DNA of 64,000 nucleotides from a virus (Duplodnaviria; Heunggongvirae; Uroviricota; Caudoviricetes): IMG/VR virus record IMGVR_UViG_3300031963_000058, positions 24,100 to 88,099 of that record; one strand, 5' to 3'. Shown piece by piece: positions 29,494 to 39,114 of this stretch (position 1 is its first letter; each line of letters starts with the position of its first letter). The notes under the pieces were generated by a model. It saw only the letters and a program-made list of their open reading frames with translations, ran no database searches and was not told where the DNA came from. The position numbers and the translations under genes were made by a program.

Positions 29494-29853
29494 ATGAAAA
29501 ATTTATTGGTTGAGTTATTTCAAGAAAGGAAGATTGAAGCTAAAAATGTTGAATTAGTTAAATTTATAAAAGAATACGTTGATCATTTAGGGTATCCAGA
29601 CAACTCTGTGGGTTTAATAGATGACATAACAGAAAAAATCTGTGATAAAGATGAATGCTTTGATGATTTGAAAACAAATTTAGATCTTGACATTAGATCA
29701 AATCTGAAAAACAGTGAAGATGAAACATTGGTCATGCTGAAATATAAAGGTAAAACTGTTTTAGAAATATCTTGTATGCCGGAGTATGAGGAGTGTAGCC
29801 TAAAAAGTATATCTTCTGATTTTTTTAATGAAATACTTAAAAAATATTCATAG
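29494..29853 (+). CDS. hypothetical protein (119 aa)
   Basis: ORF. The antisense ORF 29583..29864 is rejected. Confidence 0.45.
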   Translation: MKNLLVELFQERKIEAKNVELVKFIKEYVDHLGYPDNSVGLIDDITEKICDKDECFDDLKTNLDLDIRSNLKNSEDETLVMLKYKGKTVLEISCMPEYEECSLKSISSDFFNEILKKYS

Positions 29854-29855
29854 TA

Positions 29856-29895
29856 AAAAAACAATGGACGCAGAAACTAATCTGCGTCCATTTTA
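29856..29895. terminator. Bidirectional intrinsic terminator hairpin (AATGGACGCAGA / TCTGCGTCCATT, 12-bp stem) with an A-run and a T-run
   Basis: Perfect 12-bp inverted repeat between convergent genes. Confidence 0.7.
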
Positions 29896-29919
29896 TATAT
29901 AAGAACATCAGGGGGGCTA

Positions 29920-30384
29920 TTACTTAATAGCTTTTTTGCAATTGACAATTTTTCCGTTTATTTCATATTTAAAAGGATAGTTTGAGTTTGTTTCGGACCA
30001 ATTATCTGTTATATCTAACAATATAACATTATTGCATATAATTTGCTCACAATGAGTAATATTATTTAAATGTTTAATATTGCCGTTTATATCGATTATG
30101 ATATACTTATTAACAATTTCTATATTAGGAAACGAGTCTTGCTCAGCATTTATTCCTAAATATAAGCTATGGACAGAGTACAATCTTCCTGTGTTAATTT
30201 TTTTCTTATATATCCCGATATTTTCTTTTGTTTCAAACTTACCGCCTATGTTATCCATGTATTCAACAGCTAAAGGCAGAGCTTTGTTATATTCAGATCT
30301 AGCGTAGCTTATAGTTGAGTTTTCATGTCCAGGCCCATCATCATCATATAAAAAATATCTTAGTGAGGGTAGTCTATGTATCAT
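29920..30384 (-). CDS. small LRR-like protein, IGG-motif family (member 1)
   Basis: Shares the YMxNIGGKF core and hydrophobic repeat pattern with 31253, 31688 and 32786. Confidence 0.5.
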   Translation of the reverse strand: MIHRLPSLRYFLYDDDGPGHENSTISYARSEYNKALPLAVEYMDNIGGKFETKENIGIYKKKINTGRLYSVHSLYLGINAEQDSFPNIEIVNKYIIIDINGNIKHLNNITHCEQIICNNVILLDITDNWSETNSNYPFKYEINGKIVNCKKAIK

Positions 30385-30448
30385 AAAAATAAATTTTCTT
30401 AGTATTATTTTTATAAATATCCGAACATGGTATAAAAATAATAAAAAA

Positions 30449-30473
30449 CCTGATTATGCGTAAACATAATCAG
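30449..30473 (-). terminator. Terminator hairpin (CCTGATTATG / CATAATCAGG) with an A6 run on the plus strand
   Basis: 10-bp stem overlapping the stop codon of 30454..31188. Confidence 0.5.
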
Positions 30474-31188
30474 GCCATGTTTCTTTATGACTAAGCCAAT
30501 TAGCAAGTTGTGAGTTAAAAGTCTCTTTTATATCTTCAATATTATGATCAATATCAAACATATATTGATCGCCTATAGCAGATATCCCGACTTCTTTCTT
30601 AAATGAAATTGTATCCATTGTGAAAAATAGAACGAAGGTATCATGTTCTAGGGAATATCGAGCTTCAACTGAAGGGCAGACACTATTTTCATTACCATTT
30701 GTCGCGAAAAAACAAAACTTGTATTGTCCATCTGCAACAATTTGATTTTTTAAGCTCAATACTTTCATCAAGAAAGAGTTAGCTTCATTGTTATATCTAA
30801 CAATGAAATTCAAAAAATACTCATGATCACAAACAATATTGAGGCAAGTATCTAGGTACTTGTCAATATCATCATTAAGTAGAGTAATAATGTTATTGTG
30901 CCTGTCACCATAAATGTCAAGAATGTCATCTGACATGTATGGGATATTTAGGTTATCGATAAGCAATGTGACAACTTTTACGGGGATATTATGAAGAAAT
31001 TCACTATCCATGTAATCGATCTCTTCAGGTATAGAATTTTCATCCTCTGGATCAACAAAATGAACCATAATTTCACCTTCAATATTAGGGTTTACAAATG
31101 AAAGGATACCTAGATAACCTCCAGTTTGTACATACTCTGGATTAAAACCTTTATCTTGCAGTTTTTGTTTGACGTCAATATACTTCAT
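30454..31188 (-). CDS. hypothetical protein (244 aa)
   Basis: Long ORF. Confidence 0.5.
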   Translation of the reverse strand: MKYIDVKQKLQDKGFNPEYVQTGGYLGILSFVNPNIEGEIMVHFVDPEDENSIPEEIDYMDSEFLHNIPVKVVTLLIDNLNIPYMSDDILDIYGDRHNNIITLLNDDIDKYLDTCLNIVCDHEYFLNFIVRYNNEANSFLMKVLSLKNQIVADGQYKFCFFATNGNENSVCPSVEARYSLEHDTFVLFFTMDTISFKKEVGISAIGDQYMFDIDHNIEDIKETFNSQLANWLSHKETWPDYVYA

Positions 31189-31252
31189 CGTTGTTTTTTT
31201 TATTTGTGAACCGCAAAGGTAAAACTAATTTATTAAAACGCAAAATATTTTT

Positions 31253-31684
31253 TCAATCAAATTCATATCTAAAATCAGATGATAATTTAGAAAGATAATC
31301 TACATTTTTTAGACAAATAGATTCATTAGCCCTACAATCTGCTGCACTAATAAAATACCTAACACGTCCATTAATAACTTTTATATCAGGATTAATAAAT
31401 ATTGTTTCAGAAACGATTAAATCACCATAAACTTCTAATTTAAACCCTATATTAATAAACCCGGCATCATAAAACTTTACATTACCAAGTACTTTTAGCG
31501 TTCCAGGGAAAGATAAATTATAGTGGTCAGTTTCTGTACCGTAATTCCAGGGGTTTATTACAAAATTAACTGTTTTTGCAACAAAAATACCACCAATATT
31601 ATTCATGTATTTGAATAAGTTTAAATATTGTGAATCTTCTTCATCCGTTTTAAATGATTCTAGATCAGGTAAAATTAACTCCAT
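31253..31684 (-). CDS. small LRR-like protein, IGG-motif family (member 2)
   Basis: Contains YMNNIGGIF and BspA-like repeated L.G.V.F units. Confidence 0.5.
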   Translation of the reverse strand: MELILPDLESFKTDEEDSQYLNLFKYMNNIGGIFVAKTVNFVINPWNYGTETDHYNLSFPGTLKVLGNVKFYDAGFINIGFKLEVYGDLIVSETIFINPDIKVINGRVRYFISAADCRANESICLKNVDYLSKLSSDFRYEFD

Positions 31685-31687
31685 TTT

Positions 31688-32161
31688 TTATATAAAATTT
31701 ACTTTGCCTATTTTTTTTAGATTGTTAATCGTTTCTGTTATTATTTTTTGGTTTTCTTTGTCGTATGTAAAGTATTCTTCATCTAAAAGAGACATGTTAA
31801 AGTCTATCTCACCTAAAACTTTAGTATTTTCAGGTATATTTACAACCAATGTATTTTCAATATACAAAAAATCTACATCAAATGTAGTATTATCTGGCAG
31901 TTGTAATTTACCGGCATCTTTAATAGCAAAAACATGAGACCTAATAATCATGTGCCCAGGAAAATTTAATTCTGTTAAATCTGAAGATAATACGTTATCA
32001 ATATTTAAACAATATTCCGGAGCAAATCTGGTACCATAACCGTCATAAATGAAATTACCGCCAACGGCGTGCATATAATCAAGCATTCTTTGCCATATAT
32101 CGCAATTTTTATCACTTTGAGTTGAAAAACATTTATATTCTGGTAATGTTATAAATTCCAT
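31688..32161 (-). CDS. small LRR-like protein, IGG-motif family (member 3)
   Basis: Contains YMHAVGGNF and repeated hydrophobic units. Confidence 0.5.
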   Translation of the reverse strand: MEFITLPEYKCFSTQSDKNCDIWQRMLDYMHAVGGNFIYDGYGTRFAPEYCLNIDNVLSSDLTELNFPGHMIIRSHVFAIKDAGKLQLPDNTTFDVDFLYIENTLVVNIPENTKVLGEIDFNMSLLDEEYFTYDKENQKIITETINNLKKIGKVNFI

Positions 32162-32215
32162 ATCATGTTTATTTTTTACTAATTTGAGATATTTATACTA
32201 ATAAATACAAAGTTA

Positions 32216-32791
32216 ATGGTAAATATTAGTAATTCTTTAAAATTAGATAATGTTGTAAGTAATGACAAGATAAATCCTGCATTGGTTACAGATTTAAAAA
32301 ATGCTTGTGACTATATCAGAACTCATATTAGACATGATTTTGTCGCTATTATAACATCAGCGGTTAGTAATCACTCTAAGTATGTTAAAGGTACTAATAG
32401 GCTTAGTAGACATGGAAAGGGTATGGCTGTTGATATATCTAGGCTTAATGGTATTGGCCAGGGATCTAATCCTAAAGAATTTAAAGAATTGGGTGATTTA
32501 TTAGTGAAAACATTAGTTAGTATGGGATATACAAATACTGGGTCAGAGTATAATATACCTAAGGCTATATTGTGGCAAACTAAGGGTCATTATAATCATA
32601 TACATGTATCTAATACGACTAACATTCCTTCAGAAGCTCCTAGATTTTTTCCTAAAGACTCTTCAAATTTTGTTGACGGTACAAGAGTTGTCTTACCCAA
32701 CCAATCTAATCAGATACCAAATTTTGCATCCGGTCAGCCTGTTCTTGAGGATATATCAGCAATACGGTCATTTATGAATAAAATACTATGA
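32216..32791 (+). CDS. LAS-family zinc peptidase (peptidase M15 / VanY-like), candidate endolysin or cell-wall peptidase
   Basis: Contains SRHGKGMAVDIS (the H...D metal ligands) and HYNHIHVS (HxH), the hallmark pair of the M15 peptidoglycan peptidase family. Confidence 0.65.
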   Translation: MVNISNSLKLDNVVSNDKINPALVTDLKNACDYIRTHIRHDFVAIITSAVSNHSKYVKGTNRLSRHGKGMAVDISRLNGIGQGSNPKEFKELGDLLVKTLVSMGYTNTGSEYNIPKAILWQTKGHYNHIHVSNTTNIPSEAPRFFPKDSSNFVDGTRVVLPNQSNQIPNFASGQPVLEDISAIRSFMNKIL

Positions 32792-33274
32792 CAATATTGT
32801 GTATGTAATCAAACTTCCTAAGAATTCTTTTTCAGCCTTAGGGCCATAATGCTCCATAATAAAATTATCTATCTTTTCAAGATCGTAATCTGGTTGATCT
32901 CCTGATATTTCAATATAAATGTAGTTAATTTTATTTAAGTCTAATTTTGAAAAAGAGAATGTATCGAAAAGAATTAACCCAACCCCAGTTATCGTTAAAT
33001 CTTCTGGTAATTCTACGATTTTTAAATTTCTAAGGACGATTCTCTCTGTACAGGTAAAATTTTTTGGTATTAACAATTTTTTATTTAAAATAGAATCACT
33101 TGGAAGATCAGAACCTTTCATAATCCTTATGATTCCGTCATGTGTAAAACTGCCCCCGATAGTTTCCATATAATTTAATGCTAAACACCAATCATCAAGA
33201 GTGATAGTATGCTCAGCATCTAAAATAGAATTAGGTTTAGTTCTAAAGTTGTCTATCTGTGGTAGAATATTCAT
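32786..33274 (-). CDS. small LRR-like protein, IGG-motif family (member 4)
   Basis: Contains YMETIGGSF and LRR-like LRNLKIVELPEDLTI. Confidence 0.5.
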   Translation of the reverse strand: MNILPQIDNFRTKPNSILDAEHTITLDDWCLALNYMETIGGSFTHDGIIRIMKGSDLPSDSILNKKLLIPKNFTCTERIVLRNLKIVELPEDLTITGVGLILFDTFSFSKLDLNKINYIYIEISGDQPDYDLEKIDNFIMEHYGPKAEKEFLGSLITYTILS

Positions 33275-33479
33275 ATTTAATAGTTTTTCTATCTTTCATA
33301 AATATATTAAATCGTATTATAAACATTGCTTTAGTTATGATTTATCGGTTATACGTCATTCACTACCGTTCATTATGTATAACCTCAATATCATAACTTT
33401 GTTTAAATAAAAAAAAATAAATTTTCTTTGAAATATAAAATGAAATCACGTATCTTTGTTGGACAAAAAAATATAAGAT

Positions 33480-33821
33480 ATGTTAGCATTTAAAAATATT
33501 TTCAGGAAATCAAGTAATAATGGCTTTGTCGCCATTTCACAATCAGTTGAACAAGAGGATCTTAAAGGAAAGTTTATCCAAAGTAAATATTTGGTTGATG
33601 AAGATCATTATTTAATCGTACAAAGTGATCCGTTCAAAGATAAGCTTATTTTGGTTAAAATAAAAAACAACAAGGTTGTTGGTAAAGCAGTGGAGAAAAA
33701 GAATTTTGAGACATCTATGAAAGACAGTCACAAACATATTATCTCAAATATTGCTGAAATTTACTCGTCACATTTTGGTGACGGATATAAGAAAAAAAAG
33801 AAAAATAAAAACAGACTATGA
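33480..33821 (+). CDS. hypothetical protein (113 aa)
   Basis: ORF. Confidence 0.45.
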   Translation: MLAFKNIFRKSSNNGFVAISQSVEQEDLKGKFIQSKYLVDEDHYLIVQSDPFKDKLILVKIKNNKVVGKAVEKKNFETSMKDSHKHIISNIAEIYSSHFGDGYKKKKKNKNRL

Positions 33822-34096
33822 TAATTAAATTTTCAAATGGACGTCATCATCCTTCCTGGGCAACACAAGATAAGTTAGCCGATATTGTTTTTGAGGTTTC
33901 TTCGATTAAGATTAATCCAGACTCTTTACTTTTATTTAATAATGATGAGGTCGTTGAAATGCAAATTTTTGACGAATCTTATTACTTAGATGGTGTTTTT
34001 TATGTTACTATAGAGGTTATGTCTGAGCTCTCAGATGAAATTAACATAACACATAATTTTTATCAGATAAAAGAGTTATCAATTTTAAATGGCTAG
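33818..34096 (+). CDS. hypothetical protein (92 aa)
   Basis: ORF whose ATG overlaps the upstream stop. Confidence 0.45.
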   Translation: MIIKFSNGRHHPSWATQDKLADIVFEVSSIKINPDSLLLFNNDEVVEMQIFDESYYLDGVFYVTIEVMSELSDEINITHNFYQIKELSILNG

Positions 34097-34120
34097 CAAT
34101 CACAGCTAGCCATTTTTTTA
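34089..34120. terminator. Compact bidirectional terminator hairpin (TGGCTAGC / GCTAGCCA) plus a T7 run that overlaps both convergent stop codons
   Basis: 8-bp perfect stem. The stop of 33818..34096 and the stop of 34118..34630 both lie within the element. Confidence 0.65.
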
Positions 34121-34630
34121 ACATTGAATAATAACTGTTCTCTCATCATATAATGTAATTTTAAAATTAAGTTTTTTTGATGCAGGAATTAAATATTCGT
34201 CCTTATATTTACTTAATTCATTAATGTAGTCATCAGTATCAGCCTTGAAATATATAAATTTGCTGAAATATAAGTGTTCGTGTAAATCTAATAAATAAGT
34301 ATTATTAAGAATAATAGTGCCATGAAACATATTAAAAGACTGGGGCAATTTGATGTAACCAAAATTATCTAAAGTCAAATTTTTCTTGTGTGATAATTTA
34401 AAATTATCTGGAAGTATATCTGTATCTTTATATTCATATAAAGATTTTTTGCAGGTAATATTTAAATGATAGTCGAAAGGCTCATCCGTAAAACTTGAGA
34501 CAGTACTAATAGCGTTAATATAGTTACATATTCGTAACCATACCTCAATATCTATGTCCAGATAACTAAAATAACAATCAACAGTTTCGTTATTAGAAGT
34601 TTTAAATAATGTAAAGTCTGGTATATTCAT
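34118..34630 (-). CDS. LRR-like protein, LGYIKLP-motif family (member 1)
   Basis: Contains LTLDNFGYIKLPQSF (LxLxNxGxIxLPxxF) and is paralogous to the next three minus-strand genes. Confidence 0.5.
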   Translation of the reverse strand: MNIPDFTLFKTSNNETVDCYFSYLDIDIEVWLRICNYINAISTVSSFTDEPFDYHLNITCKKSLYEYKDTDILPDNFKLSHKKNLTLDNFGYIKLPQSFNMFHGTIILNNTYLLDLHEHLYFSKFIYFKADTDDYINELSKYKDEYLIPASKKLNFKITLYDERTVIIQC

Positions 34631-34631
34631 T

Positions 34632-35198
34632 TTATCTTTTTTTAACTGTGACCCTATACTTACTTTCTATCGTGATGTTTAATGATTTTTTAAGCGGTAA
34701 TAATGTTGAGTCGTAATAGTTTTTAAGATTTTCTGTTGTATGCAAACCACATGAAAAACTTATTACTTCTGCACCGAATAAATGTAATGGTATTTCCCTA
34801 AGACGTGTATCACCACAGGCTATTGTTTTATTTTTAATAATAAAATTATCAGGAATTGAAATATCACCTAAATCTGATAAATAAACATCACAATTGACTG
34901 TAAATTGATCGGGCATTATGACTTCATTTGAGGATATATCGAGAGACCCAGGTCCTCTTTCATTGTTATTCTGTATATAGAGAGCATCTAGCTCAGGTAT
35001 TTCAACTGAAAAACGAAGGCTAGGATCAGAAATCATTATTCGATTGATATGACTAACATATCTTAACCATATATTAATTGGTACATATATGATATTATCA
35101 TCAGCGTAAGATAATGGCCATAAATTTGTAGTATATTCTATACGTTCGTCATTATTTAGAATAAAAGATTCTAAATCACTTTTATTTATTATATTCAT
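34632..35198 (-). CDS. LRR-like protein, LGYIKLP-motif family (member 2, divergent)
   Basis: Contains LSDLGDISIPDNFIIKN and a similar architecture. Confidence 0.45.
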   Translation of the reverse strand: MNIINKSDLESFILNNDERIEYTTNLWPLSYADDNIIYVPINIWLRYVSHINRIMISDPSLRFSVEIPELDALYIQNNNERGPGSLDISSNEVIMPDQFTVNCDVYLSDLGDISIPDNFIIKNKTIACGDTRLREIPLHLFGAEVISFSCGLHTTENLKNYYDSTLLPLKKSLNITIESKYRVTVKKR

Positions 35199-35734
35199 AA
35201 AAATTTATTTGTAATATCAATTGTAGGAAAAAGCCTTAAGTCTTTTTTTACGTTAAATTTATTTTCTAATTTTTTAAGATTACCTTCATAATATTTCAGA
35301 AACGCATCCTCTTCTTCTGGAGTACCAGAGTAATGCACTCTACTAGCATTATACAAGTTATTAGGCATATCAATTAAGAACGTTTTTTGGCATGAAATAC
35401 TACCTGATACAAAATTTTCAGGTAATTTTATATAACCTAAATTTTTTAACGTTAATTGTTCGATATATAAATTGTCAGCAAATATTTTACTTCTTAAGTA
35501 TTTTCTACTATATCTATCCTCGTCGCCAAAAATTTCTAGATGACCATATATCTCAGCATTACCCATCTGTTCTCCGTACTGTTTAGCAAGTGTAATATAT
35601 GAATTAAAGTTTAGCCAGGTATTTATGTAAATATCAGCATGTTTTTTACTAAAAAAAGCTTCCGGATCATTACGTTGTGTTCTAGGTATAGTGGAAAATC
35701 CCTTAAATAATTCTAAATTAGTTATTTTTATCAT
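35195..35734 (-). CDS. LRR-like protein, LGYIKLP-motif family (member 3)
   Basis: Contains LTLKNLGYIKLPENF and ...NNLYNAS.... Confidence 0.5.
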   Translation of the reverse strand: MIKITNLELFKGFSTIPRTQRNDPEAFFSKKHADIYINTWLNFNSYITLAKQYGEQMGNAEIYGHLEIFGDEDRYSRKYLRSKIFADNLYIEQLTLKNLGYIKLPENFVSGSISCQKTFLIDMPNNLYNASRVHYSGTPEEEDAFLKYYEGNLKKLENKFNVKKDLRLFPTIDITNKFL

Positions 35735-35849
35735 ACTTTTATTTTGGCTTTAATAAAATATTAATCTTGTCTTTTTCAAATATAAAATTTGATTCACGCG
35801 ACAATACAACTTCGTTATAAAATTCATTAAATTTCGATATATTCATATA

Positions 35850-36416
35850 TTATTTTTTTGTTATAAGCGTCAATTTATTTCCCATAGTGTTGTCAAACTT
35901 ATAATTAAAGACATCTGATCGTTTTTTTAAATAAGATTCATAATAAAATTCCATATCGCCATCATTGATATCATCAATTATTTTAATATAACTTGCGTTA
36001 TATAGATTATTTGGAATACTTATTGGGTATGTATTAAACATAGTAATAGTGCCTGCTTCCATGTTTTTATGTAATTGTACTAAGCCAAAATCATGTAAAG
36101 TTAAATTATAATTAAATTGAAATTTATCTGGGATCAAATATTCGGACCTATACTTACTCTTGTAAGATGGAACAGTATTAAGTATGGATACTTTATCTGG
36201 AAAAATAAACCTATCCTTGTTCAAGATATCCATATTTTCTAATGTTGTAATAAAATTACTCCAGGTATCAATGGTAATATACACACAATAATTGTCATAA
36301 TATTGAGGGGTTTTAGGATCATAACTACCATATCTGATAGGTGTAGTTGAAAAATTAGACAAATAACTGCTAGATATTGTTCTTATCATACTTTTATATT
36401 TTTTATTTGTATACAT
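35850..36416 (-). CDS. LRR-like protein, LGYIKLP-motif family (member 4)
   Basis: Contains LTLHDFGLVQLHKNM and ...NNLYNASY.... Confidence 0.5.
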   Translation of the reverse strand: MYTNKKYKSMIRTISSSYLSNFSTTPIRYGSYDPKTPQYYDNYCVYITIDTWSNFITTLENMDILNKDRFIFPDKVSILNTVPSYKSKYRSEYLIPDKFQFNYNLTLHDFGLVQLHKNMEAGTITMFNTYPISIPNNLYNASYIKIIDDINDGDMEFYYESYLKKRSDVFNYKFDNTMGNKLTLITKK

Positions 36417-36496
36417 GATAAATATAAATTAATACTTAAATATCTTGAACTGTTGGTGGTAATTTTATATTATTTAGCAAAAAAATATACATTATT

Positions 36497-36706
36497 ATGA
36501 AAGACGCTATCGATTTATTTTTTTCTGATCACAGTACGATTATTTATGAATTTGAGGACGCTTACAATGCCGGCAAAAATAATGAAATGCCATTTGAAGA
36601 ATGGTTTGAGCTAAATAAGCTGCTAATATACGAAAAAATGCGCGCTGAGTATGTTAGAGGATTTAATGCTTGTAATGACTTTAAAAATATGGTGCTATCT
36701 TTTTGA
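36497..36706 (+). CDS. small hypothetical protein (69 aa)
   Basis: ORF. Confidence 0.35.
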   Translation: MKDAIDLFFSDHSTIIYEFEDAYNAGKNNEMPFEEWFELNKLLIYEKMRAEYVRGFNACNDFKNMVLSF

Positions 36707-36737
36707 AAAAATATTTGTTGGTTTAGTATAAACATTT

Positions 36738-36745
36738 TACCTTTG
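36738..36745 (+). promoter_or_regulatory. Bacteroidota-type -7 box TACCTTTG
   Basis: TAnnTTTG upstream of the gene at 36798. Confidence 0.45.
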
Positions 36746-36797
36746 TAGCCTGAAATAAAACATCATCTTTATGATATTTATAATTAAAAAATTGTAA

Positions 36798-37337
36798 ATG
36801 AAAAAGATAAGATTAACAGAGTCAGAACTAACACATTTAATTAGAAAGGTGATTAACGAGAATTCTGATCGTGAAGCTTTAAAAGATGTTATTTTAGGTA
36901 GATCGTATTTCATACATGATGGTAATATGTATGAATTAACAGGTTATAGATTACTTTATGAACTAACTAATGGTAAAAAAATTATTGCTTTTTGTAATAA
37001 AGAAGATGCTAACGCTGTTACGGGAGCACGTGGACGTGGCTTAAGTAAGAATACTTTTTACGTTAAAGATGTACAATTTCTAGACGTATTAAATGATAAT
37101 ATCGAAAAGTCTATTAGATACAAAGAATCAAATGACTATATAGTTAATACAATGGCGAACAAGATAAAGTTAACTAGGATAAAGTTTCTTTTAACTTTAA
37201 AGCCTTCTGGAGCCATGTCACCAAACCTTTATAATAAACTCATGAGTAATGAGTTATTTACTGGTATGGGCTTACCTGTTCATTCTACTCCTCCATATAA
37301 AGAAACTGAAATGGACTTTGCGGATAATATTGATTAA
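36798..37337 (+). CDS. hypothetical protein with the shared N-terminal RLTE module (179 aa)
   Basis: The N-terminus MKKIRLTESELTHLIRKVINE matches the module seen in 47203, 47711, 48151 and 43458, and internally in 40..1035. Confidence 0.5.
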   Translation: MKKIRLTESELTHLIRKVINENSDREALKDVILGRSYFIHDGNMYELTGYRLLYELTNGKKIIAFCNKEDANAVTGARGRGLSKNTFYVKDVQFLDVLNDNIEKSIRYKESNDYIVNTMANKIKLTRIKFLLTLKPSGAMSPNLYNKLMSNELFTGMGLPVHSTPPYKETEMDFADNID

Positions 37338-37378
37338 TATTTCTGACAAACTAGAAACAATTAAAAAAACATAACAAC

Positions 37379-37564
37379 ATGAAAAATAAAAATAAACAGC
37401 ACCCTTGGTTGTTTCCTTCAGTTTTTTTAGCACTAACTTTAGGAATATTTCTTAGCTTTCATTTCAAAACTATTTTTCATGTAATGCTTAGTTGCGGTAT
37501 TTCTATTGCGGTCACGGCATTTATTTATCTTTTTTGGGCAGCCTTTCTTAAACATGGTAATTAG
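37379..37564 (+). CDS. small two-TM membrane protein (61 aa)
   Basis: Two hydrophobic segments; its end overlaps the next gene. Confidence 0.35.
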   Translation: MKNKNKQHPWLFPSVFLALTLGIFLSFHFKTIFHVMLSCGISIAVTAFIYLFWAAFLKHGN

Positions 37565-37916
37565 TACTTTAACAATTAACACTCAGAATGAAATACCGCC
37601 AAATATAAGCGAACAAATCAAAGAAGTTATATGTGTTATTAAGGCATCTCCATATAATGTTGGTGCAGAAATAGTTAGTGGAATGTATCGGCAGGAACCA
37701 ACGGATGAAGTTCCTGCCGGATATATCGGGTGTGATTTGTTGTTATACTATAATCTTAATCTCGAACACAAAGGTATACTTAAACTATTTCTCAGACATG
37801 CCACTTGTGAAGCTATCTTGTTCTTTGGTGAAGATCTGACTAAAGAGTTTATTTGGGGTATGATTAATGATATTATCAATGATGCGAATTACCATAATAA
37901 GATTGTGATTATCTAA
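37554..37916 (+). CDS. hypothetical protein (120 aa)
   Basis: The internal ATG at 37554 overlaps the upstream stop. The listed ORF starts at 37506. Confidence 0.45.
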   Translation: MVISTLTINTQNEIPPNISEQIKEVICVIKASPYNVGAEIVSGMYRQEPTDEVPAGYIGCDLLLYYNLNLEHKGILKLFLRHATCEAILFFGEDLTKEFIWGMINDIINDANYHNKIVII

Positions 37917-37927
37917 TATTTAAATGT

Positions 37928-38158
37928 ATGAATAAATTTAAAAGGCAACCAAAAGTAATCGTTAAAGACATTCATGGTAACTCTTTCGGTATTAAGAATG
38001 TGACCAGCCTTTGCTGGAACTCAGAGGGTAAAATGGATTCTATTTATTGTGAGTTTGCAACTGATAGTGGTAAGATCATTATGTTTGACTCTGACGGGAC
38101 AAATGTTTTTCGTAATCATACCGGGAATCTAATCGCTGAATTTTTTGAAGAAAACTAA
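37928..38158 (+). CDS. hypothetical protein (76 aa)
   Basis: ORF. Confidence 0.4.
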   Translation: MNKFKRQPKVIVKDIHGNSFGIKNVTSLCWNSEGKMDSIYCEFATDSGKIIMFDSDGTNVFRNHTGNLIAEFFEEN

Positions 38159-38169
38159 AAAAATATATT

Positions 38170-38316
38170 ATGTTGGAAAATTGGTTGAACAAAAATTTTA
38201 TGCAAAAACTATATGACATCTTTTGGTGGATTATGTATGCAATTCTTGGATTTTTTGCATTTTGTGCCGTCGCAGTATTTTTTTGTTATTTTTTTTTTGG
38301 TAATTTGAAAAACTAG
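38170..38316 (+). CDS. small hydrophobic membrane protein (48 aa)
   Basis: Unlisted ORF with a W/F-rich TM helix. Confidence 0.25.
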   Translation: MLENWLNKNFMQKLYDIFWWIMYAILGFFAFCAVAVFFCYFFFGNLKN

Positions 38317-38319
38317 TCT

Positions 38320-38327
38320 TACCTTTG
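38320..38327 (+). promoter_or_regulatory. Bacteroidota-type -7 box TACCTTTG
   Basis: About 20 nt upstream of the ATG at 38347. Confidence 0.5.
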
Positions 38328-38346
38328 TGGTCTAAAACAACTGATC

Positions 38347-39045
38347 ATGATAATCGACTCTAAATATAAAGACTACTACGACTACTGCAAGGCTTTCATG
38401 GGGGAAGATCCTCTTGTTAGATATGAAAGGAACTGTGAGTATGAATTTAAATTTGTGAATAGAGGTATTAATATGTTTGTCACAGATCTACTGTTGAACA
38501 GATTCTTTATCTGCGGGCTTGTTATTGATGTTCTGGTTGATGTTAACAATAAGAAACTATTGATGGGTGAAGATATCATTGACTTATGCAATGAGCAAAA
38601 GATTACCTACAATAATAAAAGGACATATTATTACGTACCTAACACTTCTAGAAAGATTGTTAGCCTTATCCTTAGAGCGAGTAAATCGGATAAGATATTC
38701 AGTCGTGAGTATGTGTTAACTGAGCCGGTAACATTTGATGAATATAAACAAATATTCATCAATAATTTCAACAGTGCTAACAAAAATCCAAAATACCATT
38801 CGATGTATAGGGACTGGAACAACATTATGGATTGCCCTGTTGTTATTGCTAATAATCGTGGTGCATTTAAAAATCCAGTTTTATCTGACTGGAAGATAAG
38901 TAGCATCATTCCGGCTGAAGAAATGTACTTGAAAATCACGAATTGGCTACTTGAACGGCAAGATATCGCAGTTATTGATCAAAGAACGGATGTTGAGAAA
39001 TTGACTTCTCACGGTTTTGACAAGAAAACTTCTTTTCGTCATTGA
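38347..39045 (+). CDS. hypothetical protein (232 aa)
   Basis: ORF. The antisense ORFs 38382..38591 and 38631..38939 are rejected. Confidence 0.5.
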   Translation: MIIDSKYKDYYDYCKAFMGEDPLVRYERNCEYEFKFVNRGINMFVTDLLLNRFFICGLVIDVLVDVNNKKLLMGEDIIDLCNEQKITYNNKRTYYYVPNTSRKIVSLILRASKSDKIFSREYVLTEPVTFDEYKQIFINNFNSANKNPKYHSMYRDWNNIMDCPVVIANNRGAFKNPVLSDWKISSIIPAEEMYLKITNWLLERQDIAVIDQRTDVEKLTSHGFDKKTSFRH

Positions 39046-39078
39046 AAAAAAAAACTTGCACAGGTCCTAAAAAGCCCT

Positions 39079-39086
39079 TACCTTTG
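39079..39086 (+). promoter_or_regulatory. Bacteroidota-type -7 box TACCTTTG
   Basis: Upstream of 39115. Confidence 0.5.
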
Positions 39087-39114
39087 TTGAAACAAAAAAA
39101 AAACAATAATAAAC

